Shown here piece by piece: positions 44,786 to 54,562 of a stretch of 54,562 bases of DNA (positions are counted from its first letter, which is position 1; every line of letters begins with the position of its first letter). The translations under genes were made by a program, and so were the position numbers. The stretch is from Thermoleophilia bacterium (GTDB lineage Bacteria > Actinomycetota > Thermoleophilia > BMS3ABIN01): assembly GCA_041660545.1 (NCBI GenBank), contig JBAZWE010000005.1:1-54562 (forward strand), given 5' to 3'. The notes under the pieces are model-generated. The model was not told the origin of the DNA. It did not search any database and saw only the letters and a program-made list of their open reading frames with translations.

Positions 44786-47017
44786 TTATCCCCCGTCCGG
44801 GGATTTCTTGTCAGCTGCATCGACTGTTTTGTCTGAATCGATATGGAAATCCGGCAACCATTCAAGCCAGCCGGGCAAATACCAGTTTTTATCGCCGAGT
44901 AGCTCCATTGCAGCCGGAACCAGCACTGTTCGTACGATGGTGGCGTCCATCAAGACCGCCACTGCGAGGCCGAAGCCAATCTGCTGGAAAATTGTCAGGC
45001 TTCCACTGGCAAAGCTGCCGAAAACCGCAACCATGATAATCGCCGCGCCGGTAATTATGGCTCCCGTCGATCTTAAGCCGAACGCTACCGACTCACTGTT
45101 GTCTCCTGTCTGCATATAGCGTTCCCTTATCCGTGAGAGAAGGAAGACATGATAGTCCATCGAGAGGCCGAATAGTATCGAGAAAAGGAACAGGGGCAGC
45201 CATGTTTCCACGGTACTGACCTGTTGAAATCCAAAAAGGCTGGCCCCGACCCCCTCCTGAAAAACCAGGACGACCAGGCCGTAAGCCGCACCCACTGAGA
45301 GCAGGTTCATGATGATGGCCTTCAGCGGAACGATCAGAGAATGGAAAACGGCGGTCAGTAATACAAAGCTCAGTCCGAGAACGAAAGCAAAAACAATCGG
45401 ACGATAGCTGTCTGTCATGTCGACAAGATCCACATTGATTGCCGCCTCACCGCCGACATAAACCTTCGCATCGACACCATTAAATGAGCGCGGTATATAT
45501 TGGTTCCTCAGCTTATTGATCACATTCTTGCTCTCTTCGCTGTTCGGATCCCCCGATACCGGCGCCGACAGGAGCGCCAGATCAGCGTTCTGATTCGGAG
45601 TAAGAACCTGTTCGCCGAAGAAAGACTTGTCCTGAGCCAGAAAAGACTTCAGCTTCCGGACTGCCTGCTGCACCTCGGGTGACCCGACATCACCATTGAT
45701 CACGATCTCGACCGGCGAGATCAAACCGGATGAGAACTCACTCTCCAGCATTTTGAAGGCTTTTTTCGACTGTAGTTTGTCCGGCAAAGTACTCACGCCC
45801 GAAGATCCCGTCCTGATGCTGAAGTAGGGAATGGTGCAGGCGCTCAGCAGTCCAACCGCCAGCAAAAGACTGATAATCGGTCGTCTCATGACCGTTTGAG
45901 CAACCCGGTCCCAAAAACCTCCCCTTTTGCCGACAACTCCGACGTCACGCCTTCTTATGAAAGGAATACGTAAGGCGTTTATCCTGTCTCCCAACAGGCC
46001 AAGTATGGCCGGAAGCAGAGTCAGCGCGGCAAGAACGGATATTGCTACCACATAAATGGCGCCCGCGCCCAGGCTTGTGAAGACCGTTGAGGGAATAACC
46101 ATCATCCCGGAAAGCGCCAGCAATACCATCATGCCGCTGAATAGTACCGCCCTGCTGGCAGTAGCTCCCGTAATGGTGATGGCATCTATTTTATCGTGTC
46201 CGCGCAAACGTTCCTCGCGGTATCTTGAAACGATAAAGAGTGAGTAATCAATGCCCACCGCAAGCCCCATCATGGTTATCATGTTGACCACAAAAAACTC
46301 GTAAGTGAAGAACTGACCGGTTATTGCCGTGATGCCGATCGCCACGACGATCGATGCTACTGCAAGTGCGATGGGGATTCCTGCAGCGACAACAGCACCA
46401 AAGACGATAAGCAGGATCAGTAAAGCCGCTATGGCGCCGATAGTTTCGCTTACCTTGAGATCCTGACTGGCGATCTGCTGAAAGTCCCTGCCGATGCTCG
46501 ATTTACCAGTCTCGAGAACCTCGAATCCATCCGTAATATTGTGTTGCTCAACCACGCCAAGCAACTTCGCAACATTGCTGTCAGCAGTATCTAACGACCC
46601 TGCCATGACAAAAGGCATAAGAGTCGTATGACGGTTATCCGATACCATCGAGTTGTCAGGGACCATGTAATAGTTGACCCCGCTCTCTATTACATCTGTG
46701 CCGAGAAGAATAACGTCGCCATACAAGCTTTGAACAGCAGCCCTGAACCGGGGATCATCCACAGTGAACTCATCAGAGTGCACTATTACGATCTCACTGA
46801 CCTTCCTGGGTCCCCTCAGTCTTTCTTCCAGAAGAATCTTGGCCTGTCTGGAATCTGGCATATTGGTAAAATCGGCTTCGGTTGTTACCGCCGATCCAAG
46901 AAATTTTGATGAGAAAAAGGCTGCGCCCACGATGATTACAGACCATATGGCAATTGTAATCCACGGCCGGCGCGAACACAGGCAGGCCAGATATTCTGTT
47001 AACGGTTTTCGCTTCAT
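44786..47017 (-). CDS. MMPL-family (RND superfamily) membrane transporter
   Basis: Two 6-TM bundles, each followed by a soluble loop, with duplicated ..GIDYSLF../..SMDYHVFLLSRIRE.. motifs. Start is ambiguous (47017, 47056 or 47059). Confidence 0.85.
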   Translation of the reverse strand: MKRKPLTEYLACLCSRRPWITIAIWSVIIVGAAFFSSKFLGSAVTTEADFTNMPDSRQAKILLEERLRGPRKVSEIVIVHSDEFTVDDPRFRAAVQSLYGDVILLGTDVIESGVNYYMVPDNSMVSDNRHTTLMPFVMAGSLDTADSNVAKLLGVVEQHNITDGFEVLETGKSSIGRDFQQIASQDLKVSETIGAIAALLILLIVFGAVVAAGIPIALAVASIVVAIGITAITGQFFTYEFFVVNMITMMGLAVGIDYSLFIVSRYREERLRGHDKIDAITITGATASRAVLFSGMMVLLALSGMMVIPSTVFTSLGAGAIYVVAISVLAALTLLPAILGLLGDRINALRIPFIRRRDVGVVGKRGGFWDRVAQTVMRRPIISLLLAVGLLSACTIPYFSIRTGSSGVSTLPDKLQSKKAFKMLESEFSSGLISPVEIVINGDVGSPEVQQAVRKLKSFLAQDKSFFGEQVLTPNQNADLALLSAPVSGDPNSEESKNVINKLRNQYIPRSFNGVDAKVYVGGEAAINVDLVDMTDSYRPIVFAFVLGLSFVLLTAVFHSLIVPLKAIIMNLLSVGAAYGLVVLVFQEGVGASLFGFQQVSTVETWLPLFLFSILFGLSMDYHVFLLSRIRERYMQTGDNSESVAFGLRSTGAIITGAAIIMVAVFGSFASGSLTIFQQIGFGLAVAVLMDATIVRTVLVPAAMELLGDKNWYLPGWLEWLPDFHIDSDKTVDAADKKSPDGG

Positions 47018-47178
47018 GGCAAGCTGGCTACTCCAGTCCGTGCCGGGCTCACACATCATCCTTTATGCAGACGCGACAAGAAGATAAGAAAGGCCGTAGA
47101 AACAAAAAAACGGCACAGCCGTATCAAGATTAGAATATTAGCATACGGGGTGCGTTATTTTCTGCGGTATATGAGGTG

Positions 47179-48615
47179 TTATTCTTCGAGGCTTGCGAGA
47201 TTTTCTATTTTCCACTCGCAAAGGTTTATGACTGATTCCATGTCATAAGAATCAAGATAATTTCCCCAGCGTCCGCTTTGATCATTCCTCAGGCTTCTGG
47301 CAGCATTCCGGTATTCTCGCACCGCCGCCTTGAGGCGTCCGCTGCGCTCGAGAACACTGGCCATATGAAAATAAGCGATGCTGTAATTCTCGTCGCAATA
47401 AATGGCCTTACGGTAGGATTCAGATGCGTCATCAGGTCGATTCGCCTTTTCCAGCGCCAGACCCTGAAGAAAGAAGAGCTCGGCATTTGATCCATCCTGC
47501 TTGACCGCTTCCGCAAGGCACTCACATGCCTTGTCATATTCACCCAACTCGAGAAAAGACCTGCCCTTCTGAACATTAGGCTCCTCCGACACAGTACCGG
47601 CGTTTTTTGACGGGAATTGTTCCTCCTGCTTGTGGATCAACTCCTCAACACCGGTGACATCACGTCGTGAAATCTTGACTCGCCTGTCCTCGTGAACACT
47701 CGTCGGCAGCGGGGCTTCACGTATCCTTCGATCAGGTATGAAGCGACGACCTTCAATAGACCTGGGTAACGATTTCTTGTAGATGAACGCGTCCCCCATC
47801 TCGACAAGACTGTACTTGGCCGACATTTTCCAGAGAGTTTCCGAGTGACCAAGAAACAAGTAGCCCCCGGGATTCATGATGTCAAAGAAATGCTCAATCA
47901 CATATTTGGCCGTATTATGCGTAAAATAAATGATCACGTTTCGACAAAATACGACATCGCAAGTGCCAAAAATGGACATCGGCAAAGGATCGTTCACCAT
48001 ATTGTGTCTGGAAAAATGGACCATTCGCCTGACAGGCTCAGTCACCACAAAACCGCCATCCAGAGGACGGAAATAATTTTCACGATGGGATCTGTCGATA
48101 CCGATAAGCCTTTTCTCCGGGTACCATCCCTTTTCCGCGATCGCCAGAGCCTGCTGGTTTAAGTCGGTACCGAGAATCTGGATATTCCAGGATCCAGGAT
48201 CTGGAAGCACATCGAGCGCCGCCATGGCCAACGAATAAGGCTCCTGCCCGGTGGAACACCCGGCGCTCCAGAGGCGTATGCTGCGATGGCCATTTTTCTT
48301 TCGACGTGCGATTTCGGGTATGACGTATTTTCTAAGGGCATCGAACTGAGGCAGATTGCGGAAGAATTGCGTTTCCTGCACGGAAAGATGGTCTAGTAAA
48401 CACCTAAGCTCATCTTCGCCATCCGCCGCTGATGTAATTTTTTCATAGTAATCAGACAAGCTCTTGGCATCGGTGGCTTCGGCACGGTCCGTCAGGCCCA
48501 GCCGAAGCAATTCCCATTTACTGCGATCGAAGAAAATGCCGCTTGCCTGGTCGATTATCTTGCGAAAACGCTCGAAATCGTCTTCGGAAAGATCAAATTT
48601 TCTTTTTGGTATCAA
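47179..48615 (-). CDS. cheR: Chemotaxis protein methyltransferase CheR with C-terminal TPR domain
   Basis: ..ETQFFRN.., ..IRLWSAGCSTGQEPYSLAM.., then TPR-like repeats. Confidence 0.9.
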   Translation of the reverse strand: MIPKRKFDLSEDDFERFRKIIDQASGIFFDRSKWELLRLGLTDRAEATDAKSLSDYYEKITSAADGEDELRCLLDHLSVQETQFFRNLPQFDALRKYVIPEIARRKKNGHRSIRLWSAGCSTGQEPYSLAMAALDVLPDPGSWNIQILGTDLNQQALAIAEKGWYPEKRLIGIDRSHRENYFRPLDGGFVVTEPVRRMVHFSRHNMVNDPLPMSIFGTCDVVFCRNVIIYFTHNTAKYVIEHFFDIMNPGGYLFLGHSETLWKMSAKYSLVEMGDAFIYKKSLPRSIEGRRFIPDRRIREAPLPTSVHEDRRVKISRRDVTGVEELIHKQEEQFPSKNAGTVSEEPNVQKGRSFLELGEYDKACECLAEAVKQDGSNAELFFLQGLALEKANRPDDASESYRKAIYCDENYSIAYFHMASVLERSGRLKAAVREYRNAARSLRNDQSGRWGNYLDSYDMESVINLCEWKIENLASLEE

Positions 48616-50108
48616 TCCACACCGCCGACGATGACACAGTTCTTGCCGGACTCTTTGGCTTTATAGAGCGCAGCGTCCGCAACCTGCACAAGTTCTGTCT
48701 GACTGTTTACCATATTCTCGGGAAAACCAGCGACTCCTATACTTATCGTTACCTTGATAATGCTTTCCAGGGAATCGAATTCATGGTTTTCTACTGACAT
48801 CCTGATGCGCTCGGCCACTTCCTGCGCCTTATCCAGATTTGTCTGGGGCAGAAGCACTGCAAACTCCTCGCCGCCGTATCTTGCCAGCAGGTCGACCTCC
48901 CTGACCTCACGGGAAATAACATTCGCCAGGTCTTTGAGTATTTCATCCCCAGCCTGATGGCCATACGTATCGTTGATTTGCTTAAAAAAATCAATGTCGA
49001 TCATAATCATAGAAAGATTCGTCTTGTAACGTTTTGTGCGCTGAAACTCCTGCTCAAGAAGTTCATAAAAATGACGGTGATTGAACAGTCGTGTAAGACC
49101 GTCCGTTATTGCAAGACGCCTGGTGCCCTCATGCAACCTGGCATTGTCCACGACGACACTTACCGGATATTCAATTATCTCCAGCACCCTGTGAATATCT
49201 TCTGAAAAAGCATTACGTTGCGGACTTGTCAGCGTAAGCAGGGCGATCGTCTGGCCTCTTGCCTTAAGCGGAATCGTCATGACTGACCTGACTACGTCAC
49301 AATCGGAATTTTCACCCTGAATAAATGTCGGGTCCGTATCCCGAATCTCCCTCACCTGCCCGAGATTTGTCCCAGAACGCAGGAGTGTTGTAGCAGCCTC
49401 AAATGCCTGCAATCGCGACTCTTCAAAAAAATCAGTTCCAACAGGATTTTGCACATGAACAATCAGTTCGATTTCTTCGATGAAGAACACAGAGCAAACA
49501 TAGCAGTCAGTTACCTTGGCGATAACCGAAAGCACTGAATTTACCGTTATGCCACAGTCTTCGCTCAAAGTATTGAGCTTGCTTATTTCATTTATGATCG
49601 TTGCCTCGTAAAGCTTGCGATCCAGAAGTTCGTTGACGCGTGACAAAACATCGATATCCTGTTGGCCGGAACTTCCAAGCTCCGAAGAACAATGCACACT
49701 GCCCGAGTTGATGCCTCTGTGTTCAAGGATCTCTTGCACGGTGTTGGCAAGACCCGTCAATTTGAAGTCCTTGGTAACGTAGCGGTCCGCACCTGTTTTC
49801 AAACCCCAGAACTTATCGGTCTCCTGGCTCTTACTTGTCAGCATCACAACCGGTATATGGGAAGTGCGATGATCGTCCTTGAGCAAGCGGCAGACTTGAT
49901 ATCCGTTCATTTTTGGCATCTCGATATCCAGGACAACGAGATCCGGACCTTCATGAAGGGCTTGCGTTATGGCCTCGATGCCGTCATTGGCCATGATAAC
50001 GTCGTACCCCTCATGGTTCAGCACCGACCTGATTATCTGCCTCTGAGTCGGGCTGTCTTCCGCTACCATTATGCGTATGGGATTCACTTTTTCCTGTGCA
50101 GCTTCCAA
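48612..50108 (-). CDS. Response regulator-GAF-GGDEF diguanylate cyclase (WspR-like output with inserted GAF)
   Basis: REC (..IMVAEDS.., ..DLVVLDIEMPKMNG..), a GAF-like middle domain, an active-site GGEEF, and an intact I-site REVD-x5-GGEEF. Confidence 0.9.
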   Translation of the reverse strand: MEAAQEKVNPIRIMVAEDSPTQRQIIRSVLNHEGYDVIMANDGIEAITQALHEGPDLVVLDIEMPKMNGYQVCRLLKDDHRTSHIPVVMLTSKSQETDKFWGLKTGADRYVTKDFKLTGLANTVQEILEHRGINSGSVHCSSELGSSGQQDIDVLSRVNELLDRKLYEATIINEISKLNTLSEDCGITVNSVLSVIAKVTDCYVCSVFFIEEIELIVHVQNPVGTDFFEESRLQAFEAATTLLRSGTNLGQVREIRDTDPTFIQGENSDCDVVRSVMTIPLKARGQTIALLTLTSPQRNAFSEDIHRVLEIIEYPVSVVVDNARLHEGTRRLAITDGLTRLFNHRHFYELLEQEFQRTKRYKTNLSMIMIDIDFFKQINDTYGHQAGDEILKDLANVISREVREVDLLARYGGEEFAVLLPQTNLDKAQEVAERIRMSVENHEFDSLESIIKVTISIGVAGFPENMVNSQTELVQVADAALYKAKESGKNCVIVGGVD

Positions 50109-50117
50109 TGATCCCCT

Positions 50118-51206
50118 TTAGACAAAATTCAGGAGTATATTACTAATTTCGGTTAATGGAGAAACTTTCTCCACGCCACCCAGTTTTATTGCTTCCTTGG
50201 CCATGCTGAAAATAACGGAAGTATTCTCGTCCTGGGCTATCGTATGACCTCCCCGGTCATGAATAGCCTTGATGCCCTGGGCTCCGTCCCTGCCCATTCC
50301 TGTGAGGATAACGCCTATTGCGTTGCTTCCATATATATCGGCCACCGACTCGAGAAGAACATCGGCTGATGGTTTGTGAGGACTGCTTATATTTCTTTCT
50401 ACTAAATTTATCCGGCCTCCAGATGACACGATCATATGTATCCCGTCGGGCGCTATATACACTTCACCTGGACGAATCAACTGCCCGTCCACGCCTTTTT
50501 TGATATCCAGCTTGCTTGAATGACTAAGCCACTCGACCAGACCGTCGGTGAAGCCCTTGGCGATATGCTGAACTATAACTATTCCTGCATTGAGTTCTCC
50601 GGGCAGGCTGCTGAGAATCCTTTGCAGCGCCTGCGGACCGCCGGTCGATGAACCGATGGCCACTATTTTTTTAAATGCGGATGAACTATCCCTGACGACT
50701 TCAAGGTGCGGCTCTGTGTCGTGGGCCAGCAATCGCGCACGTGGGTGTGTGATTACACGCACTCTGGACAGAAGTTTTACCTTGGCGCGAATATCTGCGG
50801 CAACTTCGTTGAATTCATCGACTGATTTCGGTTCGGGTTTGGAGATTACATCGACTGCGCCCGCTCCCAAAGCTTTCGCCGCATTGGAAATGTTCTGTTT
50901 GTCTACCACCGAACTCACAACCAGGACGGGAAGTGGATTGTATGCCATGATATGTTCTATTGCGGCAAGACCGTCCATAACCGGCATATTTACATCCATG
51001 GTTACCATGTCGGGTTTGAGCATGGCCACCTGCTCAACTGCTTCCCGGCCGTTACTGGCGGTGCCAACAACATTGATTGCCGGATCCGTCTCGAGCATCC
51101 GGCAGAGCATGAGTCTCACGGTTGAGGAATCGTCCGCTATCAGAACTCTGATACTCTTTGCGTCTTGTTGTTCAGGGAAGCCATCAATGTTAGGCATCTG
51201 TATCAA
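50118..51206 (-). CDS. cheB: Chemotaxis response regulator protein-glutamate methylesterase
   Basis: REC domain (..VLIADDS.., ..DMVTMDVNMPVMDG..) plus methylesterase domain (..AIGSSTGGPQAL.., ..TGMGRDG..). Confidence 0.92.
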   Translation of the reverse strand: MIQMPNIDGFPEQQDAKSIRVLIADDSSTVRLMLCRMLETDPAINVVGTASNGREAVEQVAMLKPDMVTMDVNMPVMDGLAAIEHIMAYNPLPVLVVSSVVDKQNISNAAKALGAGAVDVISKPEPKSVDEFNEVAADIRAKVKLLSRVRVITHPRARLLAHDTEPHLEVVRDSSSAFKKIVAIGSSTGGPQALQRILSSLPGELNAGIVIVQHIAKGFTDGLVEWLSHSSKLDIKKGVDGQLIRPGEVYIAPDGIHMIVSSGGRINLVERNISSPHKPSADVLLESVADIYGSNAIGVILTGMGRDGAQGIKAIHDRGGHTIAQDENTSVIFSMAKEAIKLGGVEKVSPLTEISNILLNFV

Positions 51207-53524
51207 GCGACAAGTCTTTCGATGGTATCGAGCAGTTTTTGCTGGTTAAAAGTTCCCTTGACGACATATGCATCCGCGCCGACCTCGATCCCTTTCTTCA
51301 TGTCCTGGTCGCTTGAGCAGGATGTTACGATAATCACCGGTATGACCGTCAGTTCCTCAGTCTTCTTGATCTTCGAAGTAAGATCAAAGCCGTTCATGCG
51401 TGGCATTTCTACATCTGTAACAACGCAGTCCACGGATTCCTGGCTTAAGCGGGCAAGCGCATCTTCGCCATCAACGGCTGTTCGTACCTCGTAGCCCGCG
51501 GCTTCGAGAATGTTTCTCTGAAGCTCCCTTACTACGAGAGAATCCTCAACAACAAGAACAGATTTTTTCTGTTCATTGGATTTCGCTTGCTGCTTTGGCT
51601 CTCGCTTCGCCTGAATTCTGTCTCCCTCTCTAAGGTTGTGTACGATCTCATTTACGTTCAACACGACCACAACTTCGCCATTGCCAAGAATAGTCACGCC
51701 GGCGACAGAGTTTCGTCTTTCGAGAAAGCGACCCAATGGTTTGATTACAACTTCCTGCTCTCCGAGTAGCCTGTCTACATGAAGTCCTACCATGTGCCTG
51801 TCGGAGCCGACAATCACGACATTTGCTTTTTCCTTTCCTTGTTCCGTTTTGCCGCCTCCGAGAAACTCCAGGAGGTCAAGCAAGGGGATTGCATTGTCCC
51901 TTATTAGAAATCCTTTGTGGTTTCCGATTGTTTGTATGTCCTCGGCTTTCAGTGCCACCATTTCCTTGACCGATCCCAATGGGATCACGAATTTTTCGTT
52001 ATTACACTCAACCAGGAGACCGGAGATAACGGCCAGCGTTACAGGAAGTGAGACTGTGAACCTGCTTCCCCTGCCTGGCGTGGATTCGAGTGACACGGAG
52101 CCCTCGAGCTTTTCAATATTGTTTTTTACGACATCCAGACCGACACCTCGGCCAGAAATATCCGTAACGCTCTGCGCTGTTGAAAATCCGGGTCTGAAGA
52201 TGAGATCCATCGCTTCCTCGTCAGTCAGATCATCATCTTCTGAGATTACGCCCTTACGCCGGGCGGTCTCCTTGAGTTTGCCCACATCAATCCCGGCTCC
52301 GTCGTCTTCAATTTCAATCTCTACCCTGTCTCCATGCTGGGAAGCCGTGATTTTAACCGTACCCTGTTCCGGCTTGCCCCCGGATGCTCTTACCGCGGGT
52401 ATCTCGATACCGTGGTCCACGCAATTTCGTATTATGTGCATCAGGGGATCGCTTATCTGTTCGAGTATCCGCTTATCAAGTTCTGTTTCTTCTCCCTCTA
52501 TGGCCAGTTTTACTTTCTTGGCGCCTGATGCCGAGGCGTCCCTGACTATCCTGGGATACAGTCCCAGGATCGAATCCAGGGGAAGCATACGAACATGAAG
52601 CGTGCGGTCCTGGAGTTCATCAAGAGCAAGACGTCGGCTCGCGGTATTTTCCTTCAGATGGGAAGCGGTCGACTCCAGATGATCGGCTACACCCGTCGCC
52701 TCATCCAACGCCTGGTTCAGTTTCTCACTGAAAGAGGCCAATTCTTCCGGCCCGGCGCCACTTTTGAGTTGATCCGCCTGCTCCACAAGCGAGCTGAAGA
52801 TAGAACGCAGCTCTTTGGTTTTAAACTGAATCGTTGATAATTCCTTCACCTGTCCCTCGGTGTCTATCTGGTTTACCAGAATCTCACCCATGAGATTCAG
52901 TAACTTGTCAAGACGTTCGATGTTGACCCTTATAGTCGGGTCTGTTTTTTTCTGCGAGAAGGCTGGTTTCTCAGCGGGTACATATATCGGTGGTGTTGCC
53001 TTAGAACTTTCGGTAGCGGAAATTTCAGGAATTTGCAGATCACCGGGATCATCCGCAGGAGGGATATTGAGATCACCAGCTGCTTCTGAATTCGACGGAG
53101 CATCGGTGGCATGCGTTACTTCACCCGGTGTCGTGTTTGCAGCAACATTCTGAAGCCGTACCAGCAAATCCGAGACATCGGGTTCAGATTTCGATTGTTC
53201 GTCCTGTGATGGCAGCAAAACATGTATTCTGTCCAGGCTCTCAAGCATCAGAGACGTGACTTCCTGATTGAGTTCAACCTGTCCGTTCTGAACGGATGCG
53301 AGAATATCTTCTGTTTTGTGGGCCAGCTCCTTGATGGCAACCAGCCCCATCATTCCGGCTGAACCCTTGAGAGTATGAGCTTCCCTGAAGAGACTCTTAA
53401 TCATCTCTTCATTTCCCGGGGCCTCTTCAAGCGCCATGAAACCCTCTGTCAGGTTCTTCAGTCTCTCCTCGGCTTCGGCCCTGAATGTCTGCAAAAACTC
53501 TCGATCATTTGCCCAATCGTCCAT
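51203..53524 (-). CDS. cheA: Hybrid chemotaxis histidine kinase CheA with CheW-like and C-terminal receiver domains (WspE-like)
   Basis: Hpt (..AHTLKGSAGMMG..), HATPase (..DDGAGID.., ..GRGVGLDVV..), a CheW-like domain, and REC (..VLVVEDS.., ..DVEMPRMNG..). Confidence 0.92.
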   Translation of the reverse strand: MDDWANDREFLQTFRAEAEERLKNLTEGFMALEEAPGNEEMIKSLFREAHTLKGSAGMMGLVAIKELAHKTEDILASVQNGQVELNQEVTSLMLESLDRIHVLLPSQDEQSKSEPDVSDLLVRLQNVAANTTPGEVTHATDAPSNSEAAGDLNIPPADDPGDLQIPEISATESSKATPPIYVPAEKPAFSQKKTDPTIRVNIERLDKLLNLMGEILVNQIDTEGQVKELSTIQFKTKELRSIFSSLVEQADQLKSGAGPEELASFSEKLNQALDEATGVADHLESTASHLKENTASRRLALDELQDRTLHVRMLPLDSILGLYPRIVRDASASGAKKVKLAIEGEETELDKRILEQISDPLMHIIRNCVDHGIEIPAVRASGGKPEQGTVKITASQHGDRVEIEIEDDGAGIDVGKLKETARRKGVISEDDDLTDEEAMDLIFRPGFSTAQSVTDISGRGVGLDVVKNNIEKLEGSVSLESTPGRGSRFTVSLPVTLAVISGLLVECNNEKFVIPLGSVKEMVALKAEDIQTIGNHKGFLIRDNAIPLLDLLEFLGGGKTEQGKEKANVVIVGSDRHMVGLHVDRLLGEQEVVIKPLGRFLERRNSVAGVTILGNGEVVVVLNVNEIVHNLREGDRIQAKREPKQQAKSNEQKKSVLVVEDSLVVRELQRNILEAAGYEVRTAVDGEDALARLSQESVDCVVTDVEMPRMNGFDLTSKIKKTEELTVIPVIIVTSCSSDQDMKKGIEVGADAYVVKGTFNQQKLLDTIERLVA

Positions 53525-53545
53525 GACTTCTATTTATCTCCTTTT

Positions 53546-53577
53546 AAAACATGCGCCGGTTTACTGACCGGCGCATG
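53546..53577 (-). terminator. Hairpin plus short U-tract between the MCP gene and cheA (partial terminator/attenuator)
   Basis: Stem CATGCGCCGGT (53550-53560) / ACCGGCGCATG (53567-53577) with a 6-nt loop. On the minus strand it is followed by TTTT (53546-53549), then AAAAGGAGA and the cheA ATG. Confidence 0.55.
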
Positions 53578-53633
53578 CAATAGATATGACATTGCTTTTG
53601 CCTCTATCACTTTCAAGCAACTAATCCATACAG

Positions 53634-54562
53634 CTATTTGACCTTGAATTTGGCTATGGCGAAGCGCAACTCAGCCGCCGCGCTATTGAGCTGCTTAGTG
53701 GCCGCGGCTGTCTGACCTGCACCGTTTGCCTGTTGCTTGCTTGCCTCGCTAATGCTGGTCATTGCAACGACAACCTGTTCGCTTGCGCTTTTCTGTTGCT
53801 GGGTGGCTATGGATATTTCCTTGGCCGCGGTTGTGTTTTCAGCAACAACTTCAAGGATGCTCTCCAGTGATTGACCTGCGTTATTTGCTAATGAAACACC
53901 TAGTTCCACTTCCTTGGCGCTTTCCTCGGTGGCCATGATGGTGCTGTTCGTTTCAGCCTGGATCTCGTCGATAAGAGACTTTATCTTGGCAGTGGCTTCA
54001 ACGCTTTCTTCCGCAAGACGCCTTACCTCGCCTGCCACCACGGCAAAACCACGACCCTGGTCTCCCGCCCTCGCGGCTTCAACCGCCGCATTCAGCGCCA
54101 GTAGGTTAGTCTGATCGGCTATATTGTTGATGATCTCCAGAATCGTTCCCACCCTCTGGGATTTTTCCCCCAATGAAAGGGTCTTTTCTGCGACCTTGTT
54201 GACTTTCTGATTTATTTTTTCCATACCCTCAAGAGTGGCCGCCACGGCCTCATGGCCCTGTTTTGCATGATTGAATGTCTCATCGGCGACCCTCGAGACC
54301 GATTTTGCGGTGTCCGCGATCTGTCGTGCAGTCCCTGCTAGCTCTTCGATGGTTGCCGTGGTCTCGGCTACCGCAGATGACTGTTCTGATGACGCGCTTG
54401 CCTGTTGTTCGACGGTCGCGGAAATCTCGGCGGATGCGGAACTCGTCTGTTCACCAGTCTCAATGATCTTTGTGCTCAGGTCACTCAGACTTTGTGTCAT
54501 TTCGTTGAAGTTTACAGCGAGCACTCCAAGTTCATCGGATGATTTTGCCGGTACACGCTCGG
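53634..54562 (-). CDS. Methyl-accepting chemotaxis protein, C-terminal signalling domain (N-terminus beyond the window end)
   Basis: Highly conserved MCP hairpin ..[37 protein letters not shown]... The frame is open to base 54562. Confidence 0.9.
   Translation of the reverse strand, partial: ERVPAKSSDELGVLAVNFNEMTQSLSDLSTKIIETGEQTSSASAEISATVEQQASASSEQSSAVAETTATIEELAGTARQIADTAKSVSRVADETFNHAKQGHEAVAATLEGMEKINQKVNKVAEKTLSLGEKSQRVGTILEIINNIADQTNLLALNAAVEAARAGDQGRGFAVVAGEVRRLAEESVEATAKIKSLIDEIQAETNSTIMATEESAKEVELGVSLANNAGQSLESILEVVAENTTAAKEISIATQQQKSASEQVVVAMTSISEASKQQANGAGQTAAATKQLNSAAAELRFAIAKFKVK

Noticed and set aside
47108-47122. Possible terminator after cheR (ACGGC-ACA-GCCGT followed on the minus strand by T7).
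   Set aside because: The stem is only 5 bp with a 3-nt loop, too weak to call, although the T-run is good. Left as a note.

Overview
This is a gene-dense chromosomal window of about 50 genes, mostly on the minus strand, from an anaerobe with dissimilatory sulfur metabolism. Taxon is not determinable from the window; the type-2 IleRS, archaeal-type PEPC, GatCAB and GT87/MMPL envelope genes would fit a Chloroflexota/Actinomycetota-like lineage, but that is a guess. Layout by region: (i) 1-3.2 kb holds an MFS transporter tail, a nitroreductase and a tRNA/tadA cluster: tRNA-Ser(CGA), tadA, tRNA-Arg(ACG), tRNA-Ser(GCU), plus an aberrant selenocysteine-type tRNA with a Cys anticodon. (ii) 3.2-14.3 kb holds a VKOR homologue, a YkgJ-type Cys-cluster protein, and a complete APS-pathway operon adk-sat-aprBA-qmoABC. 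(iii) 14.9-17.2 kb holds a DUF45 metallohydrolase, tRNA-Ser(UGA) and serS. (iv) 17.7-26.9 kb is an envelope/glycan block: metallophosphoesterase, O-antigen-ligase-like/TPR protein, an unannotated 55-aa His/Asp-rich secreted peptide, galE, ymdB-like, and gtrA plus two GT-C/GT87 membrane proteins. (v) 26.9-29.7 kb holds a MetE-like Zn enzyme, a SufS-like desulfurase and a membrane-anchored unknown. (vi) 29.9-34.7 kb holds ileS-uspA and a lipoprotein. (vii) 34.7-44.7 kb is one long minus-strand array: gatCAB, archaeal-type PEP carboxylase, a methyltransferase, a homocitrate/Re-citrate-synthase-like enzyme, a LeuCD/HacAB-like dehydratase and an isocitrate-type dehydrogenase. (viii) 44.8-54.6 kb holds an MMPL transporter and a Wsp-like chemosensory cluster ending in a REC-GAF-GGDEF output. 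I saw no CRISPR array, transposase, integrase, prophage or recognisable defence genes. The most unusual object is the 98-nt tRNA at 3052-3149. It has the bacterial tRNA-Sec architecture (8-bp acceptor, 5-bp T stem, 6-bp anticodon stem, long variable arm) but anticodon GCA and discriminator U73. All functional calls rest on motif and pattern recognition by eye; no database search was run.
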